NCBI GenBank assembly: GCA_050115495.1
Contig: JASFQK010000048.1
Coordinates: 1 to 42,855 of the forward strand
Length of the DNA stretch: 42,855 bases
Direction of reading: 5' to 3'
Origin: Phycisphaerae bacterium
GTDB taxonomy: Bacteria > Planctomycetota > Phycisphaerae > UBA1845 > Fen-1342
Shown here: positions 36,905-42,855 of the stretch, in pieces
How the letters are laid out: every line of letters begins with the position of its first letter
Numbering within the stretch: position 1 is the stretch's first letter
Translations under genes and position numbers: made by a program
Notes under the pieces: generated by a model
The model's database searches: none
The model's input: the letters and a program-made list of their open reading frames with translations, nothing else
What the model was told of the DNA's origin: nothing

Positions 36905-38341
36905 GTGACACAATCAGTATGTGCATTGGAACAAGCACACGCGTCGCCCAACGAGCGACACTCAACACGAGAGCTTACAGGAAGGCGCCGCCGTGGGGCG
37001 CGGCCCAAACGACGGACCAACAACATCACATCCCGGCAAACGACGACAGAGACGCACCCGCTTACGGGTGGCTTCGCTGAGCTGGGGCTTTCCCGCCCGC
37101 TACTCACGGCAGTGGAACGGGTCGGATTCCAGGAGCCGACCGACATTCAGCGCGAACTGATCCCGCCGGCGTTGGCGGGGCGCGACTGCCTCGGGCAAGC
37201 CCGCACGGGCACCGGCAAGACCGCCGCCTTCGCGTTGCCTATCTTGCAGCGTGTGCAACCCGGCCACGGAATCCAGGCGCTGGTGCTGGTACCCACCCGC
37301 GAGCTCGCGGCGCAGATCGGCGAGCAAGTGCAGCTACTGAGCCCCGCCCAGCCTCCTCGAACCCTGATCGTCTTCGGCGGCACGGGTATCGGGGCCAATC
37401 TGCGCGAGTTGAAGCGAGGCGTCGACATCGTCGTCGGCACGCCGGGACGCATCCTCGACCTGATTCAGCGCGGAGCGCTTGATCTGCGCGGCGTGAAGCT
37501 CGCCGTGCTCGACGAAGTCGATCGAATGCTCGACATCGGCTTCCGCGACGACATCCGCCGCATCATGTCGAACGTTGCCCGTGATCGTCAGACAATCTTC
37601 GTCTCCGCCACGATGACCGAGGACATCCACCGATTGGCACATGGCCTCATGCGCGATCCGGTCGAGATCAATGTGTCGGCCGATTGCCTGACCGTCGATC
37701 AGGTCAGGCAGGACTACATGACCGTCGAGGCCCGCGACAAACTCGGGACGCTACGGGAGTTCCTCAAGCGAACTGCCCCACGCCTCGCCATTGTCTTCAC
37801 GCGGACGAAACGCGGCGCGACCAGGGTCGCGAGACAACTGACGCGGGCCAAGGTCGCCTGTGCCGAGATCCACGGCGGTCTCGCCCAGGGACGCCGCACC
37901 CGCGTGCTCAACGACCTGCGTGCCGGCCGGCTCAAGGTCCTCGTGGCGACCGATCTGGCCTCTCGCGGACTCGACGTGACCGGCGTGTCGCATATCGTGA
38001 ACTATGACATCCCGGCGGACCCGGCCGTCTACGTCCACCGAATCGGCCGCACCGCTCGCATGGGCAACAGCGGCCATGCGCTCACGTTGGTGACACCCGA
38101 GCAGGGCCGCGAGCTGACCGATATCGAGATTCTAATCGATCGACAATTGGACCGCGTCGACACGCCTGCGTCTTCGCGTACGAGCACTGAGTCGGTTCGC
38201 AAATCGGCCGGAGTTGTCGAACGATCGGTTGTCGCAACCACCAGGGAGATCGCACCACGTTCCGAACTGCCGACCGCTGACTCCGCAAGCCGGCGCCCGC
38301 GCCGAACTCTCGGGAGCCGTTTCCCACGCCGCCGGCGCTGA
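36905..38341 (+). CDS. DEAD-box RNA helicase
   Basis: Q motif GFQEPTDIQ, ARTGTGKT, PTRELA, TPGR, DEVD, SAT, SRGLD, HRIGRTAR. Confidence 0.95.
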   Translation: MTQSVCALEQAHASPNERHSTRELTGRRRRGARPKRRTNNITSRQTTTETHPLTGGFAELGLSRPLLTAVERVGFQEPTDIQRELIPPALAGRDCLGQARTGTGKTAAFALPILQRVQPGHGIQALVLVPTRELAAQIGEQVQLLSPAQPPRTLIVFGGTGIGANLRELKRGVDIVVGTPGRILDLIQRGALDLRGVKLAVLDEVDRMLDIGFRDDIRRIMSNVARDRQTIFVSATMTEDIHRLAHGLMRDPVEINVSADCLTVDQVRQDYMTVEARDKLGTLREFLKRTAPRLAIVFTRTKRGATRVARQLTRAKVACAEIHGGLAQGRRTRVLNDLRAGRLKVLVATDLASRGLDVTGVSHIVNYDIPADPAVYVHRIGRTARMGNSGHALTLVTPEQGRELTDIEILIDRQLDRVDTPASSRTSTESVRKSAGVVERSVVATTREIAPRSELPTADSASRRPRRTLGSRFPRRRR

Positions 38342-38600
38342 GGGCGGCGGTGCGGCGAGAGCCTGGGCCCTCCTCTGCTGAGTGACGCGATCATCGGGAG
38401 TAACTGGACAAGGTAGCTATTTTTGCGATTGGCCTTGATCGCATCGATACGCGCGCGATGCCAGCTGACTTGATTTGCAGCTAAAACCGCGCTTAATATG
38501 TCCGGCATGCACGACATGCCGACGTGTTACGGTGTCCCTAAGTTATTGGGTTTGCCGTAACTTGTGGGTTTGGAAGAACTTCGGGGAAGTGGGTCGGATT

Positions 38601-38643
38601 GGCTCATAACCCGGAGGTAGCGACCGAGTTGCTCTACCCCGCG
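38601..38643. pseudogene. Rearranged initiator tRNA-Met relic
   Basis: Plus strand 38601-38618 GGCTCATAACCCGGAGGT (anticodon arm, CAT) abuts minus strand 38643-38619 CGCGGGGTAGAGCAACTCGGTCGCT (5' acceptor and D arm). Confidence 0.65.
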
Positions 38644-39008
38644 CGCTCAGTCGATCTCTTCGCGCCGTTTCGGCCAACGCTCGATATCGTGCCAACCGTA
38701 GTAGCACGACCTGGAGCGTGTTCGCTTCGGATACCCGTCACAATCTCGGCAACGCGCGCGATCGCACTCGCAGCCCCGCACTCACCAACAGCATGGCCAC
38801 TCGGATCATCGCGCGTCCCCGGCAGCGACGGGAATTCCAGGAGGACATCGGGATTGCCATCAAGGCGAGAAGACTGCCGGCTCGGTAGTTTGGACGTCGT
38901 GGCCTCCGGCGGTCACTTGGCGTGGTGTTCGCCAGATGTTCGTAGTCCGCGGTCCGCTCGGACCGGGTGCCAATTAGGGGTGTGTTTGGGTTCTGGTCGC
39001 TTCCGAGT

Positions 39009-39028
39009 GTTGGTCACCGAGTTGGTCA
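39009..39028 (+). repeat. Tandem GTTGGTCA repeats, putative integrase arm-type sites (right)
   Basis: GTTGGTCA at 39009 and 39021, about 130 bp inside the right att core. Confidence 0.6.
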
Positions 39029-39155
39029 GTCGTCACTTGGTGGTGACTTGTTATCGAGTTCTCAGTGACTTGCGAGTCAGTTGTAATCCTCGTTTTCGGG
39101 CGACAAACGCGATGTAAGTGTTTGCGGTGGAAGCGTTTGCGTGCCGAGCACCGAA

Positions 39156-39197
39156 TTCCCAAGCTGGACGTCGTGGGTTCGAATCCCATCGCCCGCT
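39156..39197 (+). repeat. att core, right copy (3' half of tRNA-Gly)
   Basis: TTCCCAAGCTGGACGTCGTGGGTTCGAATCCCATCGCCCGCT; no tRNA 5' half upstream. Confidence 0.9.
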
Positions 39198-39571
39198 ATT
39201 TTCTTATCTCGCAATAGCTTACATCAATTCGCCCGGGAGTGGTTCCGGCGGGGCCGGATTTCAGAATCGCCGTTCCCGGCTCAGAAACGGCGATTCTTGA
39301 AGTCCATACCGGAAGCTGGGCTTCGTCTCGCCGCCCAGTTTGACGCATATGCGTAACCCTCGCCAAACGTTGGCTTTACGTTCGAATTCGACATCGGCCC
39401 CTGCACCAGTTGGTCATTTCTTGGTCATTCGTTCCACCAACGGGTCAGAGTTGGTCACCCTCATGCCCAACACACCGTTCGACGGTAAGCTGGAGTGGTT
39501 GTCGCTGCCAATGTGTTCGGCGCGCTGAGCCGGCGACCCGGATCCTGGCGCGCTGCGGATCGATGTAGGGT

Positions 39572-40204
39572 ATGCGTGACAGAAAGGCAGCAGATACGGT
39601 GCCAGCGGGCCGTCAAAACGCGCCGGGTGAAGGTACGGCCGAGTCCACGCTGACGGCAAGCGCCACTCGACAACGGCTGCGCAGTGCGTTGGCGAGGCGC
39701 ACCAAGGCCGAGTTGATTGATGTTCTGGCAGACCTCGCCGGAGACAATCGCGCCGTTCTTCGACAACTCGCGGAGCGCTTCGATGTACAGCCTCCGCCCG
39801 ACGAACTCGTGGCGATGACACGCCAGGCTATTGCCGACGCTACCGTCTTCGATGAGCGGGACATCAATCGCAACTTCAGCTACGACGACGAAGCCTATCG
39901 TCAGGTACAGCAGAACCTATGCCGCCTGATCGACTTGGGGAAGCTGCGGCTGGCAATGGAGCTGTCGCTGGAGTTGATGGCCGCGGGTAGCCACCAGGTC
40001 GAGATGAGTGACGAGGGCCTGATGACGGACAACATCGAGGCGTGTTTCGATCCGGTCTTGGAAGCGCTCCGGGACTCTGGTTTGCCTGCGGCCGAGATAG
40101 CGGGCTGGTGTGCGGAGATAATCCGCAGTGATCGCACTGGGTTCATCTGTGCAGAAAAACTCCGGGCGCCGCGACGACGATTCGCCACGTCGGAGTCACC
40201 CTGA
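39572..40204 (+). CDS. Hypothetical protein
   Basis: Helical ORF (TRQAIADATVFDERDINRNFSYD...GSHQVEMSDEGLMT); start uncertain. Confidence 0.75.
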   Translation: MRDRKAADTVPAGRQNAPGEGTAESTLTASATRQRLRSALARRTKAELIDVLADLAGDNRAVLRQLAERFDVQPPPDELVAMTRQAIADATVFDERDINRNFSYDDEAYRQVQQNLCRLIDLGKLRLAMELSLELMAAGSHQVEMSDEGLMTDNIEACFDPVLEALRDSGLPAAEIAGWCAEIIRSDRTGFICAEKLRAPRRRFATSESP

Positions 40205-40272
40205 TCAACTATCGTTGCCTCAGCGGAACGCCGACGCGTCTGGGGAGTACGATCTCTCGGAAAACGGCGCGA

Positions 40273-41439
40273 TTACCCAACAAGCCCGGCGTCGCGAAGC
40301 CGGCGCAGGAAAGTCGGTTTGCCCGCGTGGCAACGGCTGAGTTCGTCGAGCCGCCGGTCGAACTTCTCCTCGCAATCCGCGAGGGCGGCGGCGTCCTTCA
40401 GGTCTACAAGCAGCTTGACAGCTTGGTCGTATCCCTTCGGCGTTCGCTTGGCGATCCAAGCAGAGGCCTCTTTCCAGACCGCCGCGGCGCGCGACGCGAT
40501 GTTCTCCAGGTGCTTCTTCCGGGCCTGGGCTTCTGCCAGCGCCCGGCGCTCGCGCAGCTTCGCGGCCCTTTCGGCCAAGCGGCGGTGCTTGGCATTGAGT
40601 CGCTGCCGCCAAATCAGTGAGATCTCCGCAACCGTTCTGCCCCGTGGGTGATCATCATCACTGGGCAGCGTGTTACGATCAGGCGTCGCCTCCCTGAAAC
40701 GCCGCAGTAGGCTTCGGCGGGCGTATGGTTCGTCTCCCCGGGCGATTCTCAGCAGCCACTCGTTTTTCTCGGTGGCGGCGAGGGAACGAATCCAATCCTT
40801 CATCTCACTGGCGGACGGCTCGGTGGCGGCATGCGGCCCGCTCCGTTCGGCCGCGACCTCGATGAGTTCAGTATCAATACCGAGAAACTCAACAAACGCC
40901 TGAAGCGGCGCCGTAAGTTCTTTCAGCCCCGGGGGCACCGGGGGCTCCTTGGCTTTGTCGGGCAGGCTCTCTGTCTCGATTCCAACGAGCCACGCAAGAT
41001 AGAGGCATCGCCAGTCGCCGTCGAGCAGGTCGTCACGCAGCCGTATCAGCGACGCCATCCATGCCGAACCGTCCTCCCAACCATCCCATTCACCGGGCTC
41101 TTCGTCACGGTGTAGGTCGATCAGGACACAGCCTTTCTTGTCCTGCAATGACGTGCCGTATCGGTGGCAGTACTGTCCGGCGTGCGCAGCGTCGAACGCC
41201 CCGTGCGGCAGACGGAACATGAATTGTCGTGATCCCCAGTTCGCGACGTACACGAACGCATCGAAGCACCGTTCCATGAGCTTGATCGGGTTTCCCCGGA
41301 AGTCGCCCCAGTGGTATTCATTAATGAAGCTCGTCGTCGTGATCTGGGCGCGCGTGGAAAGCCCGCGGAGCCAGCGCATGTCCTCCTCGGACAATGGCCG
41401 GTCAATCGCCTGGAACTCATAGTACTGATACTCGCTCAC
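40273..41439 (-). CDS. Conserved hypothetical protein (MSEYQYYEF..IDRPL family)
   Basis: Characteristic N-terminus and GDWRCLYLAWL...EPPVPPGL motif; GTG start with AAGGAAGG RBS. Confidence 0.85.
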   Translation of the reverse strand: MSEYQYYEFQAIDRPLSEEDMRWLRGLSTRAQITTTSFINEYHWGDFRGNPIKLMERCFDAFVYVANWGSRQFMFRLPHGAFDAAHAGQYCHRYGTSLQDKKGCVLIDLHRDEEPGEWDGWEDGSAWMASLIRLRDDLLDGDWRCLYLAWLVGIETESLPDKAKEPPVPPGLKELTAPLQAFVEFLGIDTELIEVAAERSGPHAATEPSASEMKDWIRSLAATEKNEWLLRIARGDEPYARRSLLRRFREATPDRNTLPSDDDHPRGRTVAEISLIWRQRLNAKHRRLAERAAKLRERRALAEAQARKKHLENIASRAAAVWKEASAWIAKRTPKGYDQAVKLLVDLKDAAALADCEEKFDRRLDELSRCHAGKPTFLRRLRDAGLVG

Positions 41440-41451
41440 GATTCCCTTCCT

Positions 41452-41796
41452 TCACTCGCTGGCAGACCAATGGTGGTATGCCTCGATCCACTCCGCGCCT
41501 GCCGGTGGCGGCGATGGCAGGGGCAGATCGCAAAGCGGGATCCGCTGGCGCTCCTTGCCGTGCATACAAACGGCAACAATCTCCTCCCGCCGCGTCAACT
41601 CGACACGCGCTACCTCGACGTCAACACCCAGGACGGCGGTGGCGAAGGGAACTACCAGGTGATCCTCGATCATCGTGTAGAAGCCGCAAACCGCTTCTGA
41701 TTCGTTGTAGCAGTCTAAGGTCGCTTCCTCGACGAGCGCGGCAAGCTGCTTCTTGCTCAGCGAGGGCCGGTTCCCTGTCTTGGGTTTACCGCGCAT
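41452..41796 (-). CDS. CcbP-like (calcium-binding family) hypothetical protein
   Basis: EEATLDCYNESE...GFYTMIEDHLVVPF...IPLCDL...WIEAYHHW; GAGGAG RBS 7 nt before ATG 41796. Confidence 0.7.
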   Translation of the reverse strand: MRGKPKTGNRPSLSKKQLAALVEEATLDCYNESEAVCGFYTMIEDHLVVPFATAVLGVDVEVARVELTRREEIVAVCMHGKERQRIPLCDLPLPSPPPAGAEWIEAYHHWSASE

Positions 41797-41853
41797 CCGC
41801 ATTCTCCTCGCCCTGCGCTACCCAACCGTTCGCCGAGCGGCGCGCCGTGGTCA

Positions 41854-42121
41854 TCAGGGGTTCCGCCGGTGCGCCATCGCCCGCAGAATCGCGTCCATTA
41901 CCGCGTCAAGCCGCTTGCCCACATCCTCGGCCAGGAACCGGAGCACGAGATAGCCGTTCTCCTGCACGAGGAGGTCCTTGCGTCGATCTCGGCGGTAGGC
42001 CTCAGCGTCATCCAGATGTTGGCCGCCGTCAAGCTCGATCGCGATGCTCTACTCCTCGCAGAGCAAATCGACTTCCATTCGTCCCCATCCGTCAAAGGCA
42101 ATGGGAAGCGCGGCGTTGAGG
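41854..42121 (-). pseudogene. DUF559 (Vsr-like endonuclease) domain fragment with in-frame stop
   Basis: MEVDLLCEE*SIAIELDGGQH....YRRDRRKDLLVQENGYLVLRFLAEDV; TAG at 42049-42051; 5' part missing. Confidence 0.8.
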
Positions 42122-42302
42122 GTAGCGTGGGCGTCTCGCCCGCGAAGGGTCGCCGGCGCGGACGCGCAGCACCGACTGCTCATCGCCGGGCGTCGGCCGC
42201 GGACCGGGCTGTGCGAGATCGGAGGACATCCCGCCGATCGTAACCGACACCGCCCGGGGCGGCTATTTCGCTCCCCCAACGGGGCGGCGGCGCGGCGTAC
42301 AG

Positions 42303-42425
42303 CAAGGGTGGGACGGGCGTCCGCGCCCGTCAATTGGCAAACCCGCGCGTGCCACTGCCTTCAGGCAGTGCGCCTGCCTGCCTCGCTGCGGAAAAGCACT
42401 GCTCAAGAGGAGTGGCACACCCTCA
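42303..42425. repeat. Composite REP-like palindromic element, copy B
   Basis: GTGGGACGGGCGTCCGCGCCCGTC plus GTGCCACTGCCTTCAGGCAGTG...CACTGCTCAAGAGGAGTGGCAC. Confidence 0.75.
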
Positions 42426-42728
42426 CGGTCCGCTGCGTTTTGCTTGTTTATGGCACCGCGCCTCAAATTCCCGTTTTGAACGGAAGATCGAATCCACAAG
42501 CCTCGTGCATCCAGACGTAACGCGGGCAAGTACTCTCAACTGCTCCTTGCACGCGATGCTCTTCGTCGGCTTTGGATAATCCACCGTGTGCGATACCTCG
42601 CCCCAAAGCTCGTCCGCAAGAGTGCGCACTTGCAGCTCACAGCGCACCCGGCTCTCGGTGTTGAGCTCAATCACGTAATGCACACTTGCATACATCGTCT
42701 CGCGCATTTCGGTCTTCATTCCGAGCTT
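42423..42728 (-). pseudogene. C-terminal part of a RelA/SpoT-domain (small alarmone synthetase-like) gene cut by the terminal repeat element
   Basis: YASVHYVI and CELQVRTLADELWGEVSHTVDYP match synthetase motifs Y.S.H and E.Q.RT....W....H...Y; homology stops at 42729. Confidence 0.8.
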
Positions 42729-42855
42729 CGGAGCTATAACCGAATTTCGTTGATGGCGGGATGAAAAAAGGCGGCGTACTCTCGGGATCAAGATTGGTTC
42801 CGAGCCGCCCACGCTGGGCAGAGGAGTACGCCGATGCACGAGAGTAACGACGCGA
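42729..42855 (+). mobile_element. Probable IS left end (copy 2), reading outward
   Basis: Exact inverted copy of 1-127; interrupts a CDS; hairpin-sequestered GAGGAG RBS followed by ATG at 42834. Confidence 0.62.

Noticed and set aside
39156..39197. Second functional tRNA-Gly
   Set aside because: Only the anticodon loop to 3' end is present; the upstream sequence cannot form the acceptor or D arms, so it is an att copy.
42729..42839. N-terminus MHRRTPLPSVGG... of the 42423-42839 and 17-223 ORFs
   Set aside because: It derives from the repeated element end read inward, not from the interrupted gene.

Overview
This is a high-GC bacterial accessory region; the protein families and REP-like palindromes suggest Planctomycetota, which is an inference. 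Most of the window is a decayed ~37-kb genomic island inserted in the 3' half of a tRNA-Gly(CCC) gene. It has 42-bp att copies at 2100-2141 and 39156-39197, an internally deleted tyrosine integrase and GTTGGTCA arm-like repeats. Cargo includes a CHAT-NACHT-HEAT NLR-like protein, a ~2900-aa cyclic beta-1,2-glucan synthase, three B12-binding radical SAM enzymes, an orphan PTS enzyme I, a CsrA-like gene, a host-attachment/baeRF12-like protein, an RRM protein and a DEAD-box helicase. The most notable unexplained structure is a ~150-nt structured leader present three times (21404-21555 -, 22242-22390 -, 28948-29105 +). Each copy has a GGAGCC/GG(C/A)TCC hairpin, a fixed 15-codon ATG...TGA frame (stop at codon 4 in two copies), a covarying internal hairpin and an intrinsic terminator exactly 7 nt after the TGA. 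The leaders are wired to two divergent pairs of DUF2294/MpsC-family genes. The two window ends are an exact 127-bp inverted repeat, most likely the left end of a multicopy IS at assembly breakpoints; the right copy interrupts a RelA/SpoT-domain gene. No CRISPR array or rRNA was seen. All family assignments are from motif recognition, not database searches.
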